From contig RSEE01000114.1 of NCBI GenBank assembly GCA_003971905.1, positions 62,001 through 126,000 of the forward strand: 64,000 nt of DNA. Reading direction: 5' to 3'. Origin of the DNA: Moniliella sp. 'wahieum'. Its lineage: Eukaryota. The notes under the pieces were generated by a model. That model saw only the letters and a program-made list of their open reading frames with translations, did not search any database and was not told where the DNA came from. Numbering within the stretch: position 1 is the first letter of the stretch; the number at the start of each line of letters is the position of its first letter. A program made the position numbers and the translations under genes. This document shows positions 47,132 to 59,511 of the stretch, piece after piece.

Positions 47132-48022
47132 ATGGCACCGCACCTCGATGGGCCCCGCCGCGAGAGCGCCAACGCGCGCATTGCTGGTTCCGGTGTCAGC
47201 GGCATCGCTGAGCTTTGTCTTCCACCCCGTAGACACCATTGCCAAGCGTCTGATGAGCAACAAGGATGCGTCCAAGTCGCTTTCCCAGGTCATCTTCAAG
47301 GAACAGGCCGCCGCACCCATCGGCACCAAGGCTCTCTCGCTCTTCCCCGGCCTTGGGTACGCGGCTGGGTACAAGGTCCTGCAGCGGGTGTACAAGTTTG
47401 GTGGCCAGCCCTTCATCAACGACTACCTCCGCGCCCACCATGGCCAGGCCTTCACCAACACCTTTGGCGAGCGCAATGGAAAGTCGATGATGCAGGCCAC
47501 CGCCGGCTCTCTTACAGGCATTGGTGAGGTGGTGCTTCTGCCACTGGACGTGCTCAAGATCAAGCGCCAGACCAACCCTGAGGCCTTCCGGTCCCGTGGG
47601 TTCCTCCGCATCGTCAAGGACGAAGGCTTTGCTCTGTACCGCGGCTGGGGCTGGACCATGGCGCGCAACGCGCCTGGCTCGTTTGCTCTCTTTGGTGGGT
47701 CGGCGTTCACCAAGGAATACCTCTTTGGCCTGCAGGACTACAGCTCGGCTACGTGGGGCCAGAACTTTGCTGCCTCGATTGGTGGTGCGGTGGCTTCCAT
47801 TACCGTCTCGGCCCCATTGGACGTGGTCAAGACCCGCATCCAAAACGCCAACTTTGAGTCCAACGTCGGTGGCTTCACCATCATCAAGGACATGATCAAG
47901 AACGAGGGGGTGGGTGCGTTCTTCAAGGGTCTCACGCCTAAGATCTTGGTGGTTGGGCCCAAGCTGGTCTTTAGCTTCACCCTGGCTCAGTCCCTCATCC
48001 CCCTCTTGGCAAATACATGTAA
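47132..48022 (+). CDS. GGC1: Mitochondrial GTP/GDP carrier (Ggc1/Yhm1)
   Basis: ESANAR..GSGVSGIAEL..FHPVDTIAKRLMSN, SLFPGLGYAAGYKVLQRVYKFGGQP, LLPLDVLKIKRQTNPEAF, ARNAPGSFALFGG, FFKGLTPKILVVGPKLVFSF. Confidence 0.95.
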
Positions 48023-48237
48023 TAGCATGCAATTGCCACCTCCCCCTCCCCCCCGAAAAAGCCCTTGCTTGCCTGTCTTGGTGCCTATGGGCGTGTACCT
48101 GTCCTGCTATAGTGGGCGCTGCCCATCATTCCCATGTTTGTTTCACCCCTCTTTCGAGAATCGCTGCTCGATGCCCTTTGATGAGGGTGCCCGAATCGGC
48201 GCAATAGGCAGTGCATTCACTGTAGTGTGTTGGACTC

Positions 48238-49794
48238 TTAGCCGTGTCCTGCCAAAGCAACGCTTGCAACTCCTCCACCCATTTGTCCCATGCCCGGATC
48301 CGTCCCGCTCAGCTGTAGCCTCAGCTGTCCGGCCGCCATCCAGAACAGCAGGACTACTTCTCCAGGCGCCATAGTGAGGGAGATCGCGAGGTCGGTCGGA
48401 CAAGGAGTGAAGCAAGCGCCAGGACCTTGGTCCAGCTCGCCCAGACTTACCACCCATACCCGCCCTGGCTTTGTGAGCAAAGAAACGCTGGTCTTGACTC
48501 CCCAAATGGGCAGCGCTCCCTTGATCATCTCAGCCTCACTGTCGGCAAGTTGGACCGCCATCGCCCGCACCTCACCCCTCGCCGCGGCGTAGACCTGAGG
48601 CACCGTAGCGCACAGTGGCCACACCCGACTGCCGGGCACACGTAGCGGATCGAGCCATTGTCGCGCATTCGACAGCCCCAGGAAAAGGGTTCCTTCGCCC
48701 GCTGCTAGATCCCCTCCGAGATCCGGCTGGGCGACCATCGCGCACGCCGTCACATATACCGCCGCACTCACGCCCTGCTGCTCTGCAGCGGCCAGGATGC
48801 ACGCCGTATCCGACCGAGACAGGGTAAGGCGATGGCACGCGCTCCCAGCCACAGGCGAAGACACTTGCGCCTGCAACACCAACAGAGACGCCATGGCCAT
48901 GTTCGCGTGTTCCACCTGCGCAGGCGAGACAGGACCCACGTCTTCTTCCACCACCGTCTCCCCCGCTGGGGGAAGGCGTCCCACTTCGCCCCCCCACCCT
49001 CGCTCCACAGGAGACACACTCAACCCATCCAGAAACGCCCCCAGTACCACGCTAGTGCCCGACACGCACGGTCTGACTGGTTAGTGCTGCTATACTTTCT
49101 CTCCACCCCCCCCGGCTGAACTCAGCCCGTTCGACCAACAATCCAATCTGCAACGCACCAGGATTGCCCGTCGAGCCAGGCTGGCTTGGCATGCAACTCT
49201 ACCGTGTCCCCGTGGGCAAGGCGCGGTGGACCAGTGCGACCCCCCAAGCGGGCGGGACAAAGGGTTCCCCATTTGGTTCTTGGGAAAAGAGGAGCGTGTC
49301 ATTGAGCCACTGCATGGGCGGGGCCTGTGACTCGTACGTCCATGTCGGTTCGGGATGCTCCTACGTTTGTTGTCCCCGTCATCCGGGGGGTATAATAGCG
49401 ATGATGAGCTGCGTCAGTACTCAGTGTCCGGTTGTTTAACTTGCCACTGCATTGGCGTGTCACATGTCACGCCTTGGACCAAGACGGGCGTGGAACGGCC
49501 TTGAATGGAACCGGGAACGCTCAAAAGGATGGGTGGGCAGAGGAAGGGTGCGTACAAGGTCCAACTGTACCCCGACCGCGGGCAGACGGAAGCGCACATC
49601 GAGCCAGGCGGCGCGAACTTGGTCCATTGAAACACGCTGGGAAAGCGGACAGGTGAGCGTCCACCCGGCGCGTTCGGGAGATGGTCTGTAAAGGTGGCCA
49701 GCCATGCTTCGGCGGGGGAGAGGGGCCGCTGCCACCTCCCATCGGTCGAGTACCACGAAGAGTGGGGCCCAGGAACGACTGTGTCTGTGCACAT
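48238..49794 (-). CDS. Putative CoA-dependent acyltransferase-fold protein (AATase/Tri3-like); frameshifted
   Basis: N-terminal WQRPLSPAEAWL, a possible HxxxDG remnant (..AWLDG at about 49167-49193), and NARQWL and VSLGELD motifs. TATATATA at 49945-49952 upstream. Family call is from motif resemblance only. Confidence 0.45.
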
Positions 49795-50436
49795 GGGACG
49801 AAGCAGACGAAGGAAATCAAGACGGCCTTGCGGTTCAGGATACAGGTGGGGGAGAAGTGTGGGGAATAAACAAGGTAGATGAGAAACGTGTTGTGTGGGG
49901 GCGGGACAAAATCAAACGAAGGAAAATCCGGGTCGTTAAGCCCCTATATATATGCTTCCGTGTGTCAGGTAGCAGGGGGGGGCTGTACTGGTTCAACGCC
50001 ATATATCCATCCACTGTGGGGCTACTCTGGCCAACGTCACCATGCCACCGATATTCACGCGGCCTTTTCACATTCGAGGCATAGACACGGGCATATACGC
50101 GAACGCGCGGCTTTGCGAAGCTGGCGCAGCCGCGCGAAGGATACACAACTACGCGGTCCTCTCCGTACACACTGCTCTTCTAGTATAGGCATCTGCCTCC
50201 AGAGTCAAATATACGTATGGAGGCAAGACGTTGCCGGGTTTCCGAGACAGATGAAGATAAGTCTCTTCAGCCTTCAGCGTGCTGAGGCGGTACTTTCAAG
50301 GGACTTGATGGAAAAGCAAGAGCAAGTCAGGCCAAAGAAGCATCGTCAACACTTCATCAGTTCTCACCAGCTGCGTTAAATGCAGGTGTCTCATGCTAAG
50401 CCTACTGTTTCGTTACTGCAGGCGGAGGTCATCAAT

Positions 50437-50542
50437 GGTCGGATGGTGTAGTTGGTCATCACGTACGCTTCACATTCTGAAGCTCCAGGCCTCAGTATTG
50501 CTGGGACGCGTAAGGTCCCCGGTTCGATCCCGGGTTCGACCA
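50437..50542 (+). tRNA. tRNA-Val(CAC) with 32-nt canonical intron (50475-50506)
   Basis: Acceptor GGTCGGA/TTCGACC, A box TGGTGTAGTTGG, anticodon arm TACGC-TT-CAC-A^C-GCGTA, B box GGTTCGATCCC, oligo-T terminator at 50545. Confidence 0.95.
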
Positions 50543-50766
50543 CATTTTTTGTCATCCCGTTTCCTTTTTTGTCTCCCTACTGCAAGTATATGGTAATAGA
50601 TCCTCTTACAGCGCGAATACCAGCGATCACCTTCTTGTTTCCTTGTACAGATGGCGTTTGCGGGGCCAAAAGCAAAGCCTACTATCGGCCTGTTTGTCCT
50701 TGCTCCATGGCCGGGTTTGGGTATAGCATCGATTGACCAAGCTTTTAGGAACAAAGAAAAAAGAAA

Positions 50767-50838
50767 TGGACGAACAGGGAATTGAACCCCGGACCTCATG
50801 CATGCTAAGCAAGCGCTCTACCCCTGAGCTATCCGCCC
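50767..50838 (-). tRNA. tRNA-Ala(AGC)
   Basis: GGGCGGATAGCTCAGGGGTAGAGCGCTTGCTTAGCATGCATGAGGTCCGGGGTTCAATTCCCTGTTCGTCCA. G3:U70 identity pair present; T-rich terminator follows. Confidence 0.93.
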
Positions 50839-51570
50839 TTGTGTGGCAGAAAGGTGATTGTCAAAAGGCCTACATATCCCGATCGAAGGGTAGGTAGCCG
50901 GCCGAAGTTCGTATGCGATGCTTGCTACCAACCCAGCTCCTTATGTAGATGGGCTGATGGCTGAGCTGAGACTCAGGCCGTAGAGTGCTGTCGTAGCGGG
51001 TCTTATCACCATTTTAAAGGCTTTGAAGTAACCGTAGTATCTGGGCAAGCTGACTCTGAATCTTCCAAATAGAGAGGTAGTAATGGGAAAAAGGCACTGA
51101 CAAACAAAGGAGAAAAGGATCAGAACAAAGGAGGAACGCGCATCGGGTCCGTCATAGTTGCCTTTGTCGGGCACGAATGGTGTCAGAGCTTGCTGGTCAC
51201 TATTAGAGGCGGTGGTCACTAGGTCATTGGCCACTTCCGACATTTATTTTCATAGCCCCGTGCGTATAGACGTAGTGCGCAATTCTCCCATGATGCAGTT
51301 CCGACAGGGTGCAAAACAGGCGTCTGCATGGTTTGTCTGGAAGGGCAGAGAATGGGATGCATGGCCTAGGGCATCCGACCTACATACATCCAATCTATGA
51401 ATCGGACCCAAAAACAAAATGCTGAGGGATGGATTCGAGACCATTGCACACCGAGGCCGCGTGCGCGCCAAGCTCCTGAAACGGTGCTCAATCCGTACTG
51501 GGCCTAGAAAGAAAGCACATGGGAAGGGGGAGATAAGGCACCGAACGGCGGTGGATCCATAGATTTTCAC

Positions 51571-53623
51571 TTAGTACTTGCGGGCAAACGGTGCCACGCT
51601 CTGGCACTCGTTCTCGTCCAAGGTAGTGGAAATGACAGGGCGGTAGTCCAACTTGACCTTCTGCTCTCCCGGCTGGACAAAGTCCACGGCCGTGTCCCAG
51701 GACAGGGTGTGCTTCATCCAGTTCACATCGTCACGGTCGGGGAAGTCCTCACGGGCATGGGCACCACGCGACTCCTTCCGCGCGGCGGCAGCGTGCATCG
51801 TCTGCGTCGCACACGACAAGAGGTTGCGCAGTTCCAGCGTCTCGTACAGATCCGTGTTCCAGATCAGCGAACGGTCCTTGATGCCCACCTGGGGCAAAAT
51901 GTCGGCCACATGGTCAATCTTCTTCTTGCCCTCGTCCAAAGACTCTTGCATTCGGAACACAGCCGCATCGGTCTGCATGACCTTCTGCATGTGCAACCGA
52001 ATGTCCGACGTGTGCTGCGGACCGTTCGAGTTGCGAGCAATGTCCAGGTCGACAATCGCCTTCTTGCCCGCATCACCTTGCAGCGGCTTGTGCGGTGCAC
52101 CGGGCGTCGAGTTCTCCTTAATGTGGTTCGCGCACGCACGGCCAAACACAACAATGTCCAGCAACGAGTTGGCACCCAGCCGGTTCGCTCCGTGCACCGA
52201 CACACATGCCGTCTCACCAGCAGCATACAGACCCTTGACCACCTTGTCCTTGCCATTCTCATGCGTCAGCACCTGACCCTGGTAGTTGGTCGGGATACCA
52301 CCCATGTTGTAGTGCACCGTGGGCAGGACCGGGATCGGCTCCTTGGTCACATCCACACCAGCAAAGATGGCGGCCGTCTCCGAGATACCGGGCAGACGCT
52401 CGTGGAGAAGTTTGGGAGGCAAGTGCGAGAGCTGCAGGTAGCAGTGGTCCTTCTCCGGACCCACACCACGACCGGCACGAATTTCCATCGTCTCCGCACG
52501 CGAAACAACGTCACGCGAAGCCAAGTCCTTGGCCGTGGGCGCGTACCGCTCCATGAACCGCTCTCCCTCCGAGTTGAGCAGGTATCCACCCTCTCCACGC
52601 GAGCCCTCGGTAATCAGGCACCCAGCACCGTAGATACCAGTGGGGTGGAACTGGACAAACTCCAAGTCTTGCAGAGGCAGGCCGGCACGCGAGACCATGG
52701 CCATACCGTCACCGGTGCAGGTGTGGGCCGAAGTGCACGAGAAGAAAGCACGGCCATAGCCACCAGTAGCAAGAACAGTGTTGTGGGCGCGGAAGCGGTG
52801 GATCGTCCCGTCCTCCTGGTTGATAGCCATCACACCCACGCACTCACCGTCCTCCATGATCAGGTCCAGCGCAAAGAACTCGATAAAAGTAGTTCGACTT
52901 GTGCTTGAGCGACTGGCCATAGAGCGTGTGAAGCATAGCGTGGCCCGTGCGGTCCGCAGCAGCGCAGGTACGGTACGCCTGACCACCCTTGCCGAATTGG
53001 AGCGACTGACCACCGAACGCACGCTGGTAGATCTTGCCCTCGGACGTACGCGAGAAAGGAAGACCGTAGTGCTCGAGCTCAATCACGGCGCGGGGAGCCT
53101 CGCGGGCCATGTAGTGGATCGCATCCTGGTCACCAAGCCAGTCCGAGCCCTTGACCGTGTCGTACATGTGCCAGCGCCAGTCATCCTCGGTCATGTTGCC
53201 GAGCGCAGCGTTGATACCACCCTGGGCGGCGACGGTGTGGGAACGGGTGGGGAAGAGCTTGGTGATGCACGCCGTCTTCAGGCCGGCTTCAGCAAGACCC
53301 ATGGTGGCACGCAGACCGGCACCACCAGCACCGACCACGACGGCATCGTACCTGCGGAGGACAAGAGGGTTAGCAGCTGGCTGGCAACGAGGGGAGGCGG
53401 TGGCGGCAGGAGAGCAGGAGGGGGAAGTGGAGACGCACTCATGCTCGATCACCTGGTAGCCCTGGGGCGCATCCAGAGGGGAGGACGTTTCCTTGGCACG
53501 CAGCGGCTGGGACGCAACGACGACGCGGCGGGCAGGCGCACAGGCGGAGAAGGAGCGGGAGGCGAGGGGGGCGCGGAGGGCGGGGACCGCGGTGCGCAGG
53601 GCGGAGCGGCCAAGGGCGAACAT
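51571..53623 (-). CDS. SDH1: Succinate dehydrogenase flavoprotein subunit; intron 53352-53438
   Basis: Arg/Ala/Ser-rich presequence, [80 protein letters not shown]. Confidence 0.98.
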
Positions 53624-56219
53624 GGCGGCGACGCAGCGGTGGTGTGGTGGTCGTCGTCGGTGCGAGAGAACGAAGGGGACGAGCCACCTTCCGTCAGCGC
53701 TGAGCGAGCCTGGCGCCGTGAATGAAGACCGGATGCACCGAACGCGCCCCAGCCAGCGGCGAGCGGGTCGCGACACAGCCCCCGTGCGGCCGCGCCGCCA
53801 GCAATTAATAATTCCGGGCGGGACACAGCCCCCGTGCGGGGCGGCCCACCCGACGGATGGGCCGGTCCGGCCCAGCCCGGCCTGCCCGCCCGCCCGCGCC
53901 CCCCGGGCACAGCGCCACTGTGCGGCGGGGCTGCTGCCCGCTGCCTCGGCCCGTGCGGGTTTTGTCAGCTGGCCTTTGCGGCCTGGACGAGCCGGACGCA
54001 GATTGCCCCACACACAGTGCCATCGCCGCCTCGTCCGCCGCCTCGCTTCATCACCAGCTGCTCAGATCCCACGCGTGCCTCTCTCTTACTTCCCCGACTG
54101 CCAACCGTAGTGGAAAAGAGGCCGTGTGATATACCATTGCTTCTGCTGAACGCAAACGTTGAAGATGGGAGGGCGCGAACTCCTGTTCCGCCAGGCCAAT
54201 GAGGCTCAGCTAAACGACGTGGACTCATCTTGACCCCCAACAACCACACTGTTTACCTTTATGGCACCAAACGATCCGCCATGGCCCTCACACACTCAAA
54301 GGGGGGCACAAGCCATTCGTCTCGCTCCAGATGATCACAGATGGACACGCGTGTCATCTTCGATCATCATGATCTGCCACATCCCTCCCTCGTTCTCGCA
54401 TGCCCTTTCTATTATCGATGAAGCGCCCCTCCTGTGAGCGCTGTGTGAGCGTACACCCTTGGTCTCTCGCTTCAAGATCCATTTGCCAGCTTCAACAGTC
54501 AACTCTGCTGTATTTCAAGAGACGGTCGGAGGAGACATGGACCACAATCGGTGAGTGCAAACCTGCTAGAAAGAAAGTGGGTGGGATACACTCATCTGAG
54601 AGAAGGCACAAAAAGATGTCCCAGTACCCTGCTGGATGCATCCGACAGAGGCCGGGGGGGGGGATGAGACGGCTAATGTGGTGAAAGAGACAGCACTCGG
54701 TGAACAAGAGCATGGCAATTGAATGGCCAATGACGGAGTGAGGTTGGACGGTCGACGAAATCGAAAAGAGAGGCACAACGAAGAAGCAACAATAACTGTA
54801 GTACCCAATTGCGTCACCGTTTCCCCAGCCTCTCTCCCCCCCCCATCAGGTCCACGTGAGATTGAAGGATGGCTTAATGTCGGCCGTTTTTGCAGTTACT
54901 GCATTCACACAAACTGAGAGGAAGTGCTATAACATTTTTCCTGTGAGTGTGGAACATATATGTCCCTCAAACGTACCGCTGCTATGTACTTCTCCGGGTT
55001 GTATGCTAATAGGCCAATATGAACAAGACCCGGTGTAGTAGAGATGAGGGATGATCCCCTGCAGACCACAGGTCTTCGCTGGCTCTGAGACTGAAGGCTT
55101 AAAAGACCTGAAGAAGAGGGCCGTTATAAGAACATCAAATGCTCCAATTGAAGTCTATGTATCAACAAATTGATCAAGCATCCTAAAGTATCCAGCTTTA
55201 ACAACGCATCACAGTCAGCAAAATAGTTGTCCATGGATACAACTGGCGTGCCGTTCATGTTCATCCATGTCGTCCAGCACATTATGTCCGCGTAATGTCC
55301 AACTTGTATGCTTTCCATAGCACATGACATGCAAAGTTCGAAGGTCAGAATTCTGTTATACCCTTTCCGCTTGCTTCCTCTGCTCTATAGCTTCTGTTCT
55401 TATATTTTGGGAGAAGACGGGAGAAGGGAGGCATGAGAGTGGAGAGAGCCCGGGAGGATCTGCTGGCCTTTTCAAGTCCAGATGATCGTTGATCGATAGC
55501 ATAATTAGACAGCGCATAGCAGGGAAAAATGGTCTCGTCGGGGGGACCCGGGTCGAAGGAGAAGAGAGGAAAAGAAAACACAAAACATCGCGCCCGTTGA
55601 AAAAGAGAGAAGCCACAAAAAACCAATGTAATACTCCCAAAGAAGCCCTTCGCTCGGGTGGACCTCCCATGGGACTCTTCGGCATGCTGACCCGTCGGGT
55701 ATAAGCCCAGACATCTGGGGCCTGAGGCTGGATAAGGGCCTGCCTGGTGTTGAGGAGGATGCCAGAAGCTGCCGGTGGAGAAAAGGTGTTTTTGAGCAAT
55801 GCGGTCAAATTACGTTTACTTTTCCCATCTTGGACCTTTTTCGGGTAAGTTATACCTGTTGGAGAGGGCAGTTCTAGTAGGGTTCCCCTGCACGGCCCGT
55901 CGGTGAAACTCGTTTAGCCGGGAGGAAGAGTTCCGCCACAGACTGCGTACCTCCTGCTCGCTCCATCTCCCTCCTCACTCTCCTGTCTACTTCCCTTTTC
56001 GGACGTTGCTTGAAGACTTGTGGCTTACACTACTTTGCCTTCACGCCTTGTCTGAAGGCTGCTTTGCAGCTGATCCATAGGATCGCTTGTGCCCCCAAGT
56101 CGCACTCTAGGAATACCCTCTTTGCAATCAATCACTTTGACGACTGTCCGCCCGGTTTGAAAAAGACGCTGACTCATATGCACTCTCGTGCCCGACCAGC
56201 CTGTCAGGCGTTCTCACAG

Positions 56220-59150
56220 CGTTCAGCAACATGGAACGTTGAACTCAATGTTCAAGACGTTCAAGCTTCAAAAGTTGAACAGCGTATTCCGAAGTCGAAT
56301 TAGCGCGTGTTGCCACTGCGGGGATTTTAGCCCGCTTGAATGTCGTGAACGGCGTAGACATTATATACTGCGTACTTGAACGTTCGAACCACCCTACGTA
56401 TGCCCGCAACCCAGGCGAAACGACATGGACAGCTGAGGCGCTGAGAAGCGCCTCCCGTCAAATTTAAACGCAAAAAAGCAGGGTAACGCGTAACGCCCGT
56501 TTACTAAGGCCGGCGAGCTGAGACTCAGTACTCGTACTCACAGCAGTGCTGCGCGAGGCGCGACCCCTTTTTTTTCTATCCGCATGTGTTTTGCCCTCAG
56601 CGTTCGCAGTTCACAGTTCACACTGAAGTTTAGCCCATTAGATAGCGCCTGAGCGCCTGAACACTCTCTCTTGGCACTCTGCACGCGCCAAAAGTTCAGC
56701 TGAGTAGCTCCAGAACTACCACCCCCACCATCGCTTCCCCCCACTACCAAGGGAGACCTGACCTCTCAGACCCCCCTCAGGCCTCGCTGAGGGCTGAGGC
56801 GCTGAGGATCCTCTGCGCGTTCTAGTGCTCTCTCTTTCAGCTGCAGTAGCACCATTGCCTTGTCCTCTTTTCGAACCCGGGCTGGACGAATAAAACTCAG
56901 TACCCAATGGACTGAGTTGGATATTGAATGCTCAAACATAGAACGGACGTATCGGCTGATGCTGCGAGGGAGGGTGTGAATCTCACTTGGAAGGTTGAGG
57001 TCAACGAATGTCTACAGCTGCCAAAAGGCGGTTGGCGCGAGGGTTTGAGAAGTTGTTTGAAAGAGCACCTCTTTAATCGACCATCTGCCCCCTTCTGTCC
57101 CACCGCCTTCATTTGCATAATGGACGCATGGGTCTGGGCTAGAGGACGAGATAGACATGTCGATATGGCTTGGTCATGATGACCAACCGGTGCCAACAAC
57201 AACGACCGAAGGCCACTGGACGCGCGCGCACGCAGATGGAATATGTGGATGCACGCGCGGGAGCCGTCTTTGCGCTTCGCGCTTAACGATTAACGAGTAA
57301 CGCGTAACGATTAACGTGGGACTAATGATTAATGAGGAATGACATCACATGTCACAGGCAAGCCCCCCAGTCCGCCTGCCTTGCTCGCCAGCCATACACT
57401 GTCGACGGCAGCGCGGGTGGCTTCTCAGCGATCTCGGCACGGAGCGGTCAGCCTGAGTCGGCCGCTGCTGGCAAGCAGGAGGTGTGGATGTGATCGCGTG
57501 GTCATCGAGGTCACCGAGTTGGTGGCCATCGGCATATATCATCCATCATTGATCAGACTTGATCGAATCCCCCGGCCATCCTGCATCCTGCCTGTTCTGT
57601 GTCGCGCGGATCTCAGAAGAGGCACTCAGCTGAGTCAGTACTCAGTACATAGTACTCTACTCACGCACTCAGTACTCACGCCTTAGGGGCCTCTCTGCCA
57701 TTCAGCGCGGCTGAGCGCTGCGGCACTGTCTGCGCCATATAGGGGAGACGGGAGGAGCGGCCGCTCGCTCAGGCTCAGCGCGCAGTCGCTCGCCGGCACC
57801 GGCTCTGTTTTGTGCACTGCGATGGAAGCTACAAGATTGGAGCTTGGACAGGGACTAGACTACGCCTTCGGGACGTTTGGACGGGCAACGTGCAACGGGC
57901 ATCCCAGACTGGAGGCTTGGCTGCCCCTGTGCTGGCTTGGCCTCAGCGCTGAGCACCTCCCGACCGGGAAGCACCAAGTACTCTACCTGTACTTACTACA
58001 CCCGGCGAACCGATGAGGTCAACGTCTTGGACGTTTTGAACGCTCCCCCAGTCCCTTCCCTTGCCTTTTTGTGGTTCGGCCTTGTCTGAGAATGCTGTGG
58101 TGTTTGCGCATCTACAAAAGCCTCGCGGCATCGCTCCTCGGGGGGTCATCCGGTCATCGGTCGTCGGTCCCACCATGCATCATGATGCATGACTGCATGA
58201 CTGGTCAATAGGGCAGTCAACGTCACATCATCGCAATCGACAATCCATAACCGCATCAGGTAACGATAAGCGTTGCAGCTTGTAGGTCGTCGAGGTCGTC
58301 GAGGTCATCACTTACCACCCTCACCACTCCCTCACTAATGACAGCCACTCCTTGACATCGACTATCGAGCCGGTTGGTGTCCATGTCACCCATCTCATGC
58401 ACCGTGCATCATCCGTCGATAATGGAGTCATTGGCTCAGTGCTATAACGCGCTGACGAGGCTCAGCAGCGCTCATCTGCAAATCAGTGTCATGCGTTCTG
58501 AGGGGAAGAGGGGGGGGGGATACGTAGATAGATGATCGAAGGGATGCATCTTTGAAGTTTGAAGCTTGAAGCTTGAATCTCTTGAATCTTGATGGCAATT
58601 GGGGGGAGTCGCTAGCTAAGATCTGAGAGCAACCGTCGATCCGGAAGCCAGCGCCTTCCGACCCTGCTGAGCGCGAGACCCTGACGCGCTGAGAAGCTTG
58701 AGAAGCTTGAGCGCTTGAGCGGCAGGCGGAGAGGGTGCAGGGCAGACGAGACCGGGCAAAGCGACCGTGTGGCCGGGGCGAGTCACTAGTCAAGCTTCAA
58801 GCCTCGCGCATCAAGCTAGTCAGCCTGCTGACAACGGTGGTGGGGGGGCGAGATCACATATGCACATGCCGCACAGGGGCGGACGGCGGGAGGAAGAGTT
58901 TGCCTGGTGTTGTCATGCAATCCATGCGCTGAGCGCTCATCAACGCATCAACATTGGCGCTCAGCCCGAGCGCTGAGCTCATTGATCTCTGATCTCATCG
59001 ATCTCATCGCTCACCTGCTCATCCATCGCACTTGATTCTTGGTACTCAGTGCCGGCAGTAACTCCGCACTCACAGTGAGCGCTGAGTGTACACTCAGCAC
59101 CGAGGCCCTCAGCCGCTCATCATCGATCATCGCCTGTCTATCGCCATCAG
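56220..59150. repeat. Dense heptamer quasi-palindrome words upstream of PMA1
   Basis: TGAACGT/TCAAGCT (56220-56280), TCAGTAC (56520-56540, 57625-57680), TAACGCG (57282-57315), TGAAGCT (58555-58580), TGAGCGC (58925-58980), GATCTCATC/ATCGAT (58980-59010). Confidence 0.75.
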
Positions 59151-59511
59151 GCACATGCGGCTTGTGGCCCAGAAGAAAACCCACAGGCAGACCGAGCGAA
59201 GGGACGCTCGCGCATGGACGTTGCGTTTGCTGGGGCCAACGACTGCCACTGCCCCCGTTCTCTCCACGCGCAGCGCCAGTCTCGTGCACAGATGCCTCCT
59301 TCTTCTTTAAAAGGCCACCGTTCGACCTCTCTCTTTGCCCGCGTCCTCGTCTTGCCAACTCGCCCCTCCGTCACCTCCTCCCCTCCTTCCTCAGCGCGAC
59401 CACCCCCCACCCACCCCACCCCCTTATCCGACCAGTGTTAACGCTTTCGTTACCGTCGCGCGCTTCACTCCCCCCCCCTCTCCCACCCTTCCCACCTCGC
59501 CAGCCGCCGCC

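Noticed and set aside
19783..50838. Functional link between MAF1 and the two tRNA genes
   Set aside because: They are 30 kb apart and tRNA genes are dispersed; coincidence.
51709..53725. Long antisense ORFs over SDH1 (also over GSH1, MTHFR, ARPC2, MAF1)
   Set aside because: Expected shadows of GC-rich codon bias; no independent motifs.
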